From positions 25,132-89,131 of the forward strand of contig CAYNSJ010000001.1 in assembly GCA_964399835.1 (NCBI GenBank): a stretch of 64,000 bases of DNA, in the 5' to 3' direction. The position numbers were made by a program, and so were the translations under genes. This DNA comes from an uncultured Methanobacteriaceae archaeon (GTDB lineage Archaea > Methanobacteriota > Methanobacteria > Methanobacteriales > Methanobacteriaceae). The notes under the pieces are model-generated. The model made no database searches and was not told the origin of the DNA. It saw nothing but the letters and a program-made list of their open reading frames with translations. This document shows, one piece after another, positions 31,392-42,098 of the stretch (its first letter is position 1; every line of letters starts with the position of its first letter).

Positions 31392-33893
31392 ATGATAATA
31401 TTAAGACGAAATAAAAAAATTGTAGAGTTATATCCAATAGGATCTGGAAAAGGGGCTTTAAATACAAGACGAAAACCTATATTTTATAGTTATATGAAAC
31501 TTACTAATACTAATGGAAAAATAAGACCATATCGTTTTATAATTCAGCAGGATAATATAGAAACGTTAAAATCACCTAAAGATGCAATCAAAACATTAAG
31601 AAAGCAGAATGTATTATTAGCAACTAAAGATGAAGAAATTGAAGAAATGTTAAATTCATTAAATATTCCTTATAAATACACCAATATTTGTAGACATTGC
31701 ACATTTGAAGATTACATAACTATACTAAAAAAATCATCTTCTTACAAATTATATGATGAATACATATGTAAACATTGTGCTGAACTAGAAATAAAACGGG
31801 TAATGCATCTAAGAGGATTTAAAGATGTAACTTTTTCAAATTTCAGAAAATTACTTAAAAAAACACATAATCTTGAAAAAATATTGGACATATTCGATCC
31901 TAAATTTAATCCTTTAAAAAATTCTGATTTAACATTATATGATAAAGTTAAAGTTAAAAAAGAACATTATCCTAAAGTACCTGTTAAAACTCTTAAAATA
32001 CCAAAAAAATTTAAGAAAGTACTATCTAATAAAGTAAAAAATCTTTTACCAGTACAAATATTAGCCTTAAATGCAGGACTATTAGAAAATGAGAATTTAC
32101 TTATTGTATCAGCAACAGCTTCAGGAAAAACATTAATTGGAGAATTAGCAGGAATACCAAAAGCAATGAACAATAGAAAATTCATATATCTTACACCATT
32201 AGTTGCTTTAGCAAATCAAAAATATCGCGATTTTAAAAAACAATATAATCCATTAGGATTAAATGTTGCAATAAAAGTAGGATCAAATCGTATAAAAGCT
32301 AAAGGTGAATTGACTATTAAAGATAAATCTATTCAGGATGCAGATATCATAGTAGCTACATATGAAGGAATAGACTTTTTATTAAGATCTGGAAAAGCTA
32401 ATCAAATTAAAAACACAGGAACTGTTGTAATTGATGAAATACATATGTTAGATGAAGAGCAAAGAGGACCAAGATTAAATGGATTAGTTAAAAGATTAAT
32501 TGATTTATTACCTAAAGCTCAGTTAATTGGATTATCAGCAACAATAAAAAATTCACAACAAGTAGCAAATGAGTTTAATATGAAACTTGTAGAATATAAA
32601 CAAAGACCAGTACCATTAGAAAGACATTTACTTTTCACAAAATCGGAATATGAGAAAAAAGATTTAATTGGAAAACTAGCTAAACAAGAATTTGAATCAA
32701 AATCATCTAAAGGTTATAGAGGACAAACAATAGTATTTACGAATTCTAGAAGAAAAACACATCAAATATCTCAACAAATAGAGAAAAAAGGAATTTCAAC
32801 AGCAGCATATCATGCAGGATTATCTTATTCTAAAAAGATAAAAATAGAGAAAGATTTTGCAAAACAAAAAGTATCTACAGTTGTAACTACAGCAGCATTA
32901 GCTGCAGGAGTAGATTTTCCAGCATCACAAGTACTTTTTGAAACTTTACGAATGGGTAATAAATGGCTTACAAACAATGAATTCTCACAAATGTTAGGAC
33001 GTGCTGGAAGACCAACATATCATGATATAGGAAAAGTTTACTTATTACCAGAAATTGGTAAAGAATATAATAAGGAATCTGAGGAAGAAATTGCAATTGA
33101 TTTATTAGATAGTGATGTTGATAATATTAAAGTTGATTATTCTGAAGATGATGCAATTGAACAAGTATTAGCAGATGTATGTGCACTTAAAAATCCAGAT
33201 ATAAATAATTTGACTAGTAAATATGATAATTTAGAAATACCATTAGTATCTGAAGAAATTTTTAACATGTTAACTAATAAAAAATTAATTAAATCACAGA
33301 AAAATAATGATTCTCTGTTATTACCTACTAATTATGGAAGAGCAGTTTCAATGTCTTTTTTAGAAGTTTATAAAGCAGAGTATATTAGGAAACATTTAAA
33401 ACAAAAACCATTAATAACAGCTGAAATGATTGAACCTTTTGATAGTGCATATATAAGTAGTAGGTTAATAAATCGTTTAGCAAGTGCTTTGAAAACTAAT
33501 ATAAGTTCTAGGTTATTTGCTGATTCTACTAGAGATATATTAACATCAGGAGATATAATTGCAAAACTAGATCCTCAATATGCTGATAAATTAATAAATT
33601 TACAAGTAGAATTTATGTCTTGTACATGTGAAGAAAGACCATTTTGTAAGTGTCTTGAAAGAAATATTTCAGATCATATTATTAAACGTCGTTTACATGG
33701 ATGGGATCCAAATAGAATTAGTAAAGAATTCATGACAGAATATGAGATTCATATTTATCCTGGTGATATATTTAGTTGGCTTGATCAAGTAATTAGAACA
33801 CTTGAAGCAATATCTAGAATTAGTTTAGCATTTAATAATAAACGTACAAGTAATGAATGTAAAAATTTAATTAAAAAAATAGAACGAGGATAA
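31392..33893 (+). CDS. Archaea-specific superfamily-2 (Ski2-like DEAD/DEAH) helicase with Zn-ribbon-like N- and C-terminal cysteine clusters
   Basis: 833 aa. Motifs I SATASGKT, II DEIH, III SAT and VI QMLGRAGR. An N-terminal CRHC...CKHC pair and a C-terminal CTCEERPFCKC cluster are present. It resembles the COG1202-type archaeal helicases. Confidence 0.85.
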   Translation: MIILRRNKKIVELYPIGSGKGALNTRRKPIFYSYMKLTNTNGKIRPYRFIIQQDNIETLKSPKDAIKTLRKQNVLLATKDEEIEEMLNSLNIPYKYTNICRHCTFEDYITILKKSSSYKLYDEYICKHCAELEIKRVMHLRGFKDVTFSNFRKLLKKTHNLEKILDIFDPKFNPLKNSDLTLYDKVKVKKEHYPKVPVKTLKIPKKFKKVLSNKVKNLLPVQILALNAGLLENENLLIVSATASGKTLIGELAGIPKAMNNRKFIYLTPLVALANQKYRDFKKQYNPLGLNVAIKVGSNRIKAKGELTIKDKSIQDADIIVATYEGIDFLLRSGKANQIKNTGTVVIDEIHMLDEEQRGPRLNGLVKRLIDLLPKAQLIGLSATIKNSQQVANEFNMKLVEYKQRPVPLERHLLFTKSEYEKKDLIGKLAKQEFESKSSKGYRGQTIVFTNSRRKTHQISQQIEKKGISTAAYHAGLSYSKKIKIEKDFAKQKVSTVVTTAALAAGVDFPASQVLFETLRMGNKWLTNNEFSQMLGRAGRPTYHDIGKVYLLPEIGKEYNKESEEEIAIDLLDSDVDNIKVDYSEDDAIEQVLADVCALKNPDINNLTSKYDNLEIPLVSEEIFNMLTNKKLIKSQKNNDSLLLPTNYGRAVSMSFLEVYKAEYIRKHLKQKPLITAEMIEPFDSAYISSRLINRLASALKTNISSRLFADSTRDILTSGDIIAKLDPQYADKLINLQVEFMSCTCEERPFCKCLERNISDHIIKRRLHGWDPNRISKEFMTEYEIHIYPGDIFSWLDQVIRTLEAISRISLAFNNKRTSNECKNLIKKIERG

Positions 33894-33914
33894 TGAATAT
33901 ATTAAAAGAAGATC

Positions 33915-34616
33915 TTACAATAGAAGTTTTATATCTTCTATAATCTCTTTTTTAGCATTATTTAATAATTTTTTTCCATAATTGTAATTAACTTCAAATC
34001 CTTCTTTTTCAACAATTTTGGCTTCTTGATCAATAATTGGCTCATTAACTCTTGCTTCTTTTAGTCCAACCATACCTACTTCAGGATTTTTATCAAAATC
34101 GCCATGATTTTTGAGTTCAGTTTCATCTATTATTCCTAAAACTTTACCCATTGATAATTCACCAGTACATGCATGGGGGCCTTCATTTTCAATTATAGAA
34201 TTGTTAAATATAATGTTAAGTAGTGTATTTTTTGAAATATAAGGTATATCCCCTTTTATAAGATTATTTCCACCATGTCCATTAATAATAATTACACTCT
34301 TTAATTCTAGTTGTTCTTTTGCATTTTTCAAAGTTGGAATAATTTGATTTTCAATTAAATCTTCTTTTTTTAAATGTCGTCCATGTTTAACAAAATCATA
34401 TTCTGTTGCTGCATAAATTATTCCTAAATAGGTTGCTCCAGTTGATGTGGCAACATCTAACGCTACATTTGCAGCTATTTTAGAATCAGTATCTATGGGG
34501 AGTGCTGAACCATGATTTTCTCTATGAGATCCTAATGCAATTATTCCTATTTTATGTATATCTTTGGATAGTACGTTTCCTGAGGAATATTTTAGCTTAA
34601 TTTTTTCTTGTTGCAT
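33915..34616 (-). CDS. Creatininase-fold amidohydrolase, ArfB-like (FAPy deformylase of archaeal riboflavin/F420 pathway)
   Basis: 233 aa. GSHRENHGSALPIDTD, INGHGGN and HACTGE match the creatininase-family metal sites. Its size and methanogen context suggest ArfB. Confidence 0.6.
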   Translation of the reverse strand: MQQEKIKLKYSSGNVLSKDIHKIGIIALGSHRENHGSALPIDTDSKIAANVALDVATSTGATYLGIIYAATEYDFVKHGRHLKKEDLIENQIIPTLKNAKEQLELKSVIIINGHGGNNLIKGDIPYISKNTLLNIIFNNSIIENEGPHACTGELSMGKVLGIIDETELKNHGDFDKNPEVGMVGLKEARVNEPIIDQEAKIVEKEGFEVNYNYGKKLLNNAKKEIIEDIKLLL

Positions 34617-34637
34617 TAAATTTTACACTTCCTTTAT

Positions 34638-35117
34638 TTATATGTCTAACTCCCAAATAGGATCTCCTACATAATGTAAATTTTTTATAGCTTTTCCTTT
34701 ATCATTTTCTATCATTTCTTCCCCACTTATAAGACTTTTACCTATTGCTAATGGTTTTTTGTGTTGTTCTTCTATTATAATTACAATTTCATCTTTTTTT
34801 ATGGATTTATCAGCATCTACAATTCCAGGTGACATTATGTCTGCTCCTTTTATAACAAAATTTATAGCACCCATATCAACTGTTACATATTTTTCTTCAA
34901 TGTTTAATTCTAATGCTGCTTTTAAAGTAGGGATAATTTTATTTTCTGATTGCATTAATAATGGTTTACCATTTACTAAAATTATTTCGGGTAATCCTTC
35001 AATCTCAACTTCTTCTACTTGAGCTTTTTTAGGTATTATATTTTCATATGTTCCTAAATCTTTTTTAATTTCTTTAATCCTTTTATTTTTGATAAAAACT
35101 CTTCTTTTAGTTTTCAA
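34638..35117 (-). CDS. PUA-domain RNA-binding protein
   Basis: 159 aa. The C-terminal PUA-like segment is VTVDMGAINFVIKGADIMSPGI ... PLAIGKSLISGEEM. Confidence 0.7.
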   Translation of the reverse strand: MKTKRRVFIKNKRIKEIKKDLGTYENIIPKKAQVEEVEIEGLPEIILVNGKPLLMQSENKIIPTLKAALELNIEEKYVTVDMGAINFVIKGADIMSPGIVDADKSIKKDEIVIIIEEQHKKPLAIGKSLISGEEMIENDKGKAIKNLHYVGDPIWELDI

Positions 35118-35359
35118 GTTTTAGTGTCTCCTTTTTAAATATTTTTTCTTTGATTATTTATTATCAAATATCTTTTATTTTTATTATATTTATTATAGTT
35201 ACTTTTTATTTTATTGGTAATTTAATAGTAACTTATATTTTATAGTAAATAAATAATATATATTATTAAATTAATTAATGGTTATCTTATATCTTAGGAA
35301 ATAGAGATACATTTAAATATTATTTAAAACAAATATAAAAATTAATATATATAAGGTGA

Positions 35360-35614
<255 letters not shown>

Positions 35615-35841
35615 TAATTTAAAGGACATTCTCTTAGTAGTTAAATTCTATTAATATTAATCGTCCTTATTATAGAATAATATCTAATGACTTAAAATTA
35701 TCATTAATGGAATTATGACATAATAATAAGAATAAAATAAATTTTATTTTATTCAACTCTTTTTTACCTTTTTTATAAATAAAGGTTTCAATTTTATTAA
35801 ATAGTTTTTTTTTAAAAATTAAATATTTGGAGGAGATACTG

Positions 35842-36027
35842 ATGAAAGGAACACCATCATTCGGTAAACGTAATAAAAATAATCATACAAGATGTAGAAG
35901 ATGTGGAAGAAATGCATATAATCCAACTAAAAAATACTGTGCATCTTGTGGATTTGGTAGATCTAAAAGACTACGAAGTTACAGTTGGCAAAATAAAAAA
36001 CCAGTAACTGGTAAAAGACTCAAATAG
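35842..36027 (+). CDS. rpl37e: 50S ribosomal protein L37e
   Basis: [22 protein letters not shown]....K.CASCGFG is the L37e zinc ribbon. The ATG at 35842 is preceded by GGAGGAG, and the track start at 35827 looks too long. Confidence 0.93.
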   Translation: MKGTPSFGKRNKNNHTRCRRCGRNAYNPTKKYCASCGFGRSKRLRSYSWQNKKPVTGKRLK

Positions 36028-36393
36028 ATAATTTTATTTATCTATTAAAACATCTTTTTATTAATTAATTATTCTTTTTACATTCTTAAATTCTATTTTT
36101 TTAACATTAATATTTTATTATACTATTTCTTGGTAAAACAGTAATCTAATATATTTCTTTAAACATAACTAATAATGATAAAATATAATGGGATGATATT
36201 TTTAATAAAATCATTATAGTATTAACATAGAAGTTAGGAAAGTAATTAATAAGTGTTATATAATTATTGTAATATTAAAAATAATTAACCGAGAATATAA
36301 AATATGAATTATAATAAAGATACTCAGAACAATCTAATTCAAGTCAAGTATCTTCACATTTAACCAAAATAAAAAATAATGTAGGTGTCAGAG

Positions 36394-38097
36394 ATGGCAA
36401 AAGTAAAAATAATAGAAACAGCACTCAGGGACGCTCATCAATCATTAATTGCAACAAGAATGAGAACCAGTGATATGATTCCAATATTAGAAGATTTAGA
36501 TAAAGTAGGATATTTCTCATTAGAAGCATGGGGAGGAGCAACTTTCGATTCATGTCTTCGATTTTTAAATGAAGATCCTTGGGAAAGACTTAAAATACTA
36601 AATGATAATCTAAAAACACCAATTCAAATGCTGTTAAGAGGGCAAAATCTTTTAGGATACAAACATTATGCTGATGATGTAGTGAAAGCATTTGTTGAAA
36701 AAGCCTATGAAGATGGTGTAGATGTATTTAGAATATTTGATGCATTAAATGATCCTAGAAATATGCAAATGTCAATTAAAACAGCAAAAGAACAAGGGGC
36801 ATATGTTCAAGGAGCTATTAGTTATACTATAAGTCCAGTACATACAATAGATAAATATGTTGAATTTGCAAAAGAATTAGAAGCTATGGACTGTGATGCA
36901 ATAACCATAAAAGATATGGCTGGGTTAATAACTCCGGATGTTGCAAAAAATCTTGTAACAGCTTTAAAAGATGAAACTGGATTGGATATAAATTTACATA
37001 GTCATTGTACAAGTGGAATGACTTTAATGAGTTATGAAGCGGCTATTGAAGCTGGAGTTAATATGGTTGATACGGCAATTTCCCCATTTTCTGGAGGAAC
37101 TTCTCAACCTCCAACAGAAAGTGTAGTTGCAGCACTTAAAGATACTCCATTTGATACGGACTTAGATTTAAAAACATTATCAAAAATAAAAATATATTTC
37201 CAAGAATTACTAGAAAAATATGGGGCATTAGTTGATCCATTAGCTGCTAAAGTAGATACTGATGTGTTATTATATCAAGTTCCTGGTGGAATGTTATCTA
37301 ATTTAGTATCTCAATTAAAACAACAAGATGCATTAGATAGATATGAAGATGTACTTCTTGAAATTCCAAAAGTAAGAAAAGATTTAGGATATCCACCTCT
37401 TGTAACACCAACAAGTCAAATAGTGGGAGTTCAATCAGTAATGAACGTACTTTCAGGAGAACGTTATAAATCTGTTACTAAAGAAGTCAAAGAGTATCTT
37501 AAAGGATATTATGGTAAATCTCCAGCACCTATAAATCAAAAAATGTATGATGAATTTGTAGGTGATGAGAAAATTATTGATTGTAGACCTGCTGATTTAT
37601 TAGATCCTGAATTAGATGCTGATAGAAAGTATTTAGAAGATCAAAATTTAGTTAAAAAAGATGAAGATGTTTTAACTTATGCTATGTATCCTTCAATTGG
37701 AGAAAAATATCTTAAAGGTGAAATGGTAGAAGAAGAAATACCTAAACCAAAACAAGAATTTAGTTCTTCTAATATACCTACAACTTATGATGTAGAAGTT
37801 GATGGTGAAGTATTCAATGTAAAAGTATTACCAACGGGATATATTGAAATGGAACCTTCTTCTAAACAAATAAAACCATCAGCAGAAGGTGGAATAACAT
37901 CTTCAATGCAAGGTATGATTGTTAAACTCAAAGTTAAAAAAGGAGATAAAATTGAAGAGGGAGATACTGTAGCAGTACTTGAAGCAATGAAAATGGAAAA
38001 TGATATCAAAGCATCACATGATGGTGTTGTTAGTGATATTTTTGTTGATGAAGGAGATACAGTAGAAAAAGATCAATTATTAATGATAGTTAAATAA
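36394..38097 (+). CDS. pycB: Pyruvate carboxylase subunit B (carboxyltransferase + biotinyl carrier domain)
   Basis: IIETALRDAHQSL, the HCH-type metal site LHSHCTSGM and the C-terminal biotinylation motif EAMKMEN. The ATG at 36394 follows TAGGTG. Confidence 0.92.
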   Translation: MAKVKIIETALRDAHQSLIATRMRTSDMIPILEDLDKVGYFSLEAWGGATFDSCLRFLNEDPWERLKILNDNLKTPIQMLLRGQNLLGYKHYADDVVKAFVEKAYEDGVDVFRIFDALNDPRNMQMSIKTAKEQGAYVQGAISYTISPVHTIDKYVEFAKELEAMDCDAITIKDMAGLITPDVAKNLVTALKDETGLDINLHSHCTSGMTLMSYEAAIEAGVNMVDTAISPFSGGTSQPPTESVVAALKDTPFDTDLDLKTLSKIKIYFQELLEKYGALVDPLAAKVDTDVLLYQVPGGMLSNLVSQLKQQDALDRYEDVLLEIPKVRKDLGYPPLVTPTSQIVGVQSVMNVLSGERYKSVTKEVKEYLKGYYGKSPAPINQKMYDEFVGDEKIIDCRPADLLDPELDADRKYLEDQNLVKKDEDVLTYAMYPSIGEKYLKGEMVEEEIPKPKQEFSSSNIPTTYDVEVDGEVFNVKVLPTGYIEMEPSSKQIKPSAEGGITSSMQGMIVKLKVKKGDKIEEGDTVAVLEAMKMENDIKASHDGVVSDIFVDEGDTVEKDQLLMIVK

Positions 38098-38162
38098 TAA
38101 CTATCACTATTTTTTTAAATATTAAAATTATGCATCATTTTTTAACTTGTGATTAATATAAA

Positions 38163-38783
38163 CTAATTTTTTGAATATAATATAGAAGTAACATTGTTCA
38201 TATATTTAGGTAATTTAGGTTTACTTAATTTTTCATTGTTCTCAAGATGTTCTGATAAATTTTCATTTATGGGAATTAATGGTACATTAAATAATTTCTC
38301 AATAACCATTCTAGAATCAACACCTAAAGAAGCTAAAGAATATCTCATTTTTTCTGGATGTATACATTCATCATATTCTTTTCGACAATCAACATCACAA
38401 AGAGTACAAGGTCCTGTTATACTAATAGCTTTTTTATAGTTCTTTTCTTGATTAAATACATTTTCTTTAGTTTTATTAGTTTCAGGATAAAAACTTTCTT
38501 TTAATACATTTTCAAATTCTTCATCAGTATATTCTTTTTCATAATCTTCTTTCTTGAAATCTAATTTTGTTAAAGTAACATCAATGTAATCATAGTTTAA
38601 TATAAATTCTTTAGTATCAATATCTAATGGTGAACAAGAATAATTAGTATCATATCTTGCACATTGAGTACAATACCCTTGTACACGATTAAAATCAGCA
38701 TATTTATCATAAAAATCTTTTGTTGACATAGTTTTAGTATATCTATTAACTTCATAAGTTAAAGTCATAATTTTCATCTCCAA
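38163..38783 (-). CDS. Cys-rich predicted metal-binding protein (DUF2284-like)
   Basis: 206 aa with CTQCARYDTNYSCSP and GPCTLCDVDCRKEYDEC cysteine clusters. The likely true start is the third ATG (MTLTYE, 38768), 9 nt after GGAG. The family call is tentative. Confidence 0.45.
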   Translation of the reverse strand: MEMKIMTLTYEVNRYTKTMSTKDFYDKYADFNRVQGYCTQCARYDTNYSCSPLDIDTKEFILNYDYIDVTLTKLDFKKEDYEKEYTDEEFENVLKESFYPETNKTKENVFNQEKNYKKAISITGPCTLCDVDCRKEYDECIHPEKMRYSLASLGVDSRMVIEKLFNVPLIPINENLSEHLENNEKLSKPKLPKYMNNVTSILYSKN

Positions 38784-38988
38784 TAAATGATTATAAGTTA
38801 TATTTTTAAAATTATATATATTACTAGATAATTAGTCTTAATAATCTTTTATTAATAAATTTAGTTAATATTATTCTATTCTAATTTCATATATTGTACT
38901 GATTTAAGTTTTATTTACTAATTTTGATTAGATTAAACAAAATTGTTAGTGTATACTCTTATTTTTTTTTAATTTTATTTCTATACTA

Positions 38989-39672
38989 TTATTTTTCGTA
39001 ATTTGTAGGATCATTTATTTTTGCTTTAATAAATGCTCTTTTTCTACGTTTACAAGATTCACAGACACCACAATGTTTTTCATTACCTGTATAACATGAA
39101 TAACTTAAATTCATAGGAGCATTATTTTTATGTCCTGTTTCAACTATTTCCTTTTTTGTCATATCAATAAGGGGTGCTTTAATTTCTATATTATCAAATG
39201 ATCCATATTCTATTGTTTTATTAAATGATTCTAAATATTCTTTAGAATTATCTGGAAAAGTAACTGCTTCTTCATAGTCCCAACCTACAATAATTATTTC
39301 TGCATGAATACTTTCTGCATATGCTAAAGCTATACTACTAAATACTGTATTTCGTGCAGGAACCCAAACTGATTTGGCTGTTTTTAAAGATTGATCATAG
39401 TTATCTAAATCATTATCTGATGGATGAGGTATTGAAGAATTAGTAGTTAATGTAGAATTACTTATTTTTTCAAGCCATGGTAAATCTATAACTACATGTT
39501 TCATTGATAATTCATGACATATCTCACTTGCAGCTAGTACTTCTTGATTAAAACTATGTTGACCATAATTAAATGTTAATGCTGTAAGTTCATATTCATT
39601 ATTATATACTGATGTTGCTACGGTAGAATCTAATCCTCCAGATAATATTGTTATTCCTTTTGGTTTTGTCAT
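38989..39672 (-). CDS. queC: 7-cyano-7-deazaguanine (preQ0) synthase
   Basis: 227 aa with the PP-loop ILSGGLDSTV, VWVPARN, and SCY...CGVCESCKRRKRAF (QueC Zn-binding Cys cluster). Confidence 0.88.
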   Translation of the reverse strand: MTKPKGITILSGGLDSTVATSVYNNEYELTALTFNYGQHSFNQEVLAASEICHELSMKHVVIDLPWLEKISNSTLTTNSSIPHPSDNDLDNYDQSLKTAKSVWVPARNTVFSSIALAYAESIHAEIIIVGWDYEEAVTFPDNSKEYLESFNKTIEYGSFDNIEIKAPLIDMTKKEIVETGHKNNAPMNLSYSCYTGNEKHCGVCESCKRRKRAFIKAKINDPTNYEK

Positions 39673-39674
39673 GT

Positions 39675-40898
39675 TTATTTTCCTTCTCTCAAATATTTTT
39701 TATATTCTTGTTCGGCTAATTTCATAAGATCTCTAAGGGGAATATCTGTTTTATCGGAAATTCTTTTAATATCCTCATATTCCGGACTACATTTTATGAT
39801 TTTATCTTCAATATATCCTATTTTAAATTGTATTGTTTCATTTTCATTATTTATTTTCATTGTAAATGGCACATTTTCTCTTTTTGCCACAGCTCTATGT
39901 GCACAGGGTAGTATTCTAATACCTAATGTTCCTGTTTCTTCCATTATAACTTTTATAAGGTGTTCTCTATTATGGTTAGGTGTAATTACTTTTAAAATAT
40001 GCCCTGGTCTATTTTTTTTCATTATTGTTGGTGTTAAACTAACATCTCGAGCTCCTTCATTAAGTAATTTATTATAAAGATTTCCTAGAACTTCTCCTGT
40101 TAATGTATCAAGATTAGTTTCAAGAACAGTTATACTGTCATTATCCATATATTTTTCAGCTTTTATTAGTCGTAATGCATTAAGTGTTTTAGTATCTTTA
40201 GATCCAGCTCCATATCCAATTTTTTTATTTATTATTGTTGGATGATATTGACAATATTCATCAGTAATATTTACTAATATTGCAGATCCTGTAGGTGTAG
40301 CAAGTTCTGTTTGAACAGTACCTCCATGAGTAGGTACATTTTTTAATATATTAGCAACAGCAGGGGCTGGAACTGGAAGAAGTCCATGTTGAGTTTTTAC
40401 AGTACCACATCCTGTTGCAACAGGTAATGAGTATATTTTATCTTCATCTAATTTTAATAGATAGTATCCATATGATGCACCAATAACATCAGCTATTGCA
40501 TCAGCAAGTCCCACTTCATGAAAATGAATAGTTTCTAATGTTTTACCATGAACTTCTGATTCTGCTATTGCAATTGTTTTAAATATTTTTTTAGATAATG
40601 ATATGGTTTTTTTAATCAATTCATCATGGGGATATTTTTCTTTTGTTATTCTATCTAATTCATCTACAATATCAGAATAATGGCGTGTAGTGTTATCCTT
40701 TGCTTGTATATTAGCATAAGTAGTTTCTACATCTGATCGTAATTCTTTTGTTATATCTATTTTAATTTCTCCAAATTCGCTAGCATAAGAGTTTATAATA
40801 TTTCTTATTTTATTTTGATCAGCACCTAAATCAATAAATGCTCCAATAAACATGTTACCAGCTACTCCGGATGTTTGGGGGTCTATTATTAATACCAT
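39675..40898 (-). CDS. larC: LarC-family nickel insertion protein (DUF111/UPF0272)
   Basis: 407 aa. The N-terminus IDPQTSGVAGNMFIGAFIDLGAD and the HFHEVG histidine site are present, and the length is typical of LarC. Confidence 0.85.
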   Translation of the reverse strand: MVLIIDPQTSGVAGNMFIGAFIDLGADQNKIRNIINSYASEFGEIKIDITKELRSDVETTYANIQAKDNTTRHYSDIVDELDRITKEKYPHDELIKKTISLSKKIFKTIAIAESEVHGKTLETIHFHEVGLADAIADVIGASYGYYLLKLDEDKIYSLPVATGCGTVKTQHGLLPVPAPAVANILKNVPTHGGTVQTELATPTGSAILVNITDEYCQYHPTIINKKIGYGAGSKDTKTLNALRLIKAEKYMDNDSITVLETNLDTLTGEVLGNLYNKLLNEGARDVSLTPTIMKKNRPGHILKVITPNHNREHLIKVIMEETGTLGIRILPCAHRAVAKRENVPFTMKINNENETIQFKIGYIEDKIIKCSPEYEDIKRISDKTDIPLRDLMKLAEQEYKKYLREGK

Positions 40899-41106
40899 GT
40901 TTTCATATCCTACTGTTTTATTTTTTTTCTTTACTTAACTATTCTTATGTAATTAAGTATTAATTAATTTATTATTTTAACAAAATGAAACGTCTTTAAT
41001 AATTATTAAATTTCAATCTAGTAATATTAAGTAATACTTTTTTTATTACTTGAAATATATTAGATAATAGAATTGAATAAATATTTTTTTAGGAGAGTAT
41101 TGATTA

Positions 41107-42045
41107 ATGCAAATAAATAAACCAGAAGTTAAAATAACTGAAAAGAACAATGGCTTAGTATTTAACAGTAAAAAACCATTGTATGTTCTAGCAAATAGAT
41201 CTGGATTTGATTTTAAAAATGTGACAGAATTTGATAATCATTATCTTAATAATTCTGAATTAGAACCTGTAATTAAATCTGCAAATGGAATAACAGTAGT
41301 AGCAACAGTAGAACTTATTAAAGATAAATTTTATACAAATGTATCCATGTTTTTTGATGCAGAATTAGATAATATATCTATAATTAATTTATATAGAACA
41401 ATTATTGAAACAATATCTACTTCATCATGGGATGTTGATGCAATTAACAAAGATGAATTAGATAATGAATTAGGTAACTTTTACAATACAATATTCATTG
41501 CATGTACAGGTAAAAGTGAAAAAGAATTACCTTTTGATATCTCTTTATTCTATGATGCAAAAGATCTTTTGGATAAAACATTAAGAGAAGCATTGGATAA
41601 ATTAGGATATCCAAAAGATGTAATTAAATATATGGAATCAATGGGTGTAACAATTGACTCTATGGTTGATGCTGGAATGGCTATGGTTGTAGGTGTAGAT
41701 GATCAAACAGAAGATGAAATAAGAGAACAATTAAGAAAACAGATATTCCATGCACTTGAAGATATAAATGTTATTTCATATTTAGTAGCAGCTATAAGAT
41801 TAGAAGAAGACTATGAACATCATCGTATAAGAGGAATAAATGTTGATGATGATCCTGCATATCTTTATATGGATGAAATAATGGGAATGGCTATAGCAAA
41901 TCAAATAGCAGGGACAAAAGCAATATTTAATTTTAAACGATATGATGAAGCAAAACCCGGAGTATTGGGTGTATTAGGTCCATCTGTTGATGATATAATT
42001 GGTGGGCTAATTGCTGGTTGTATGTCAAAAATATTTGAACCATAA
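41107..42045 (+). CDS. Two-domain protein: uncharacterised N-terminal domain + PgpA-fold C-terminal domain (CobZ-like alpha-ribazole-phosphate phosphatase)
   Basis: 312 aa. The C-terminal ~150 aa end in [20 protein letters not shown], resembling the PgpA/CobZ family terminus. cobS lies immediately downstream. Confidence 0.5.
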   Translation: MQINKPEVKITEKNNGLVFNSKKPLYVLANRSGFDFKNVTEFDNHYLNNSELEPVIKSANGITVVATVELIKDKFYTNVSMFFDAELDNISIINLYRTIIETISTSSWDVDAINKDELDNELGNFYNTIFIACTGKSEKELPFDISLFYDAKDLLDKTLREALDKLGYPKDVIKYMESMGVTIDSMVDAGMAMVVGVDDQTEDEIREQLRKQIFHALEDINVISYLVAAIRLEEDYEHHRIRGINVDDDPAYLYMDEIMGMAIANQIAGTKAIFNFKRYDEAKPGVLGVLGPSVDDIIGGLIAGCMSKIFEP

Positions 42046-42098
42046 AATATAAACATATTAATAAGAATATAGTAGAAAAAAATAATGGAGACAATATA

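Noticed and set aside
35615-35841. 227-bp spacer between the Sm-like gene and rpl37e examined for a C/D-box or other small RNA
   Set aside because: No convincing C box (RUGAUGA) paired with a D box (CUGA) at appropriate spacing, and no GC-rich structured segment. I treat it as promoter or terminator spacer.
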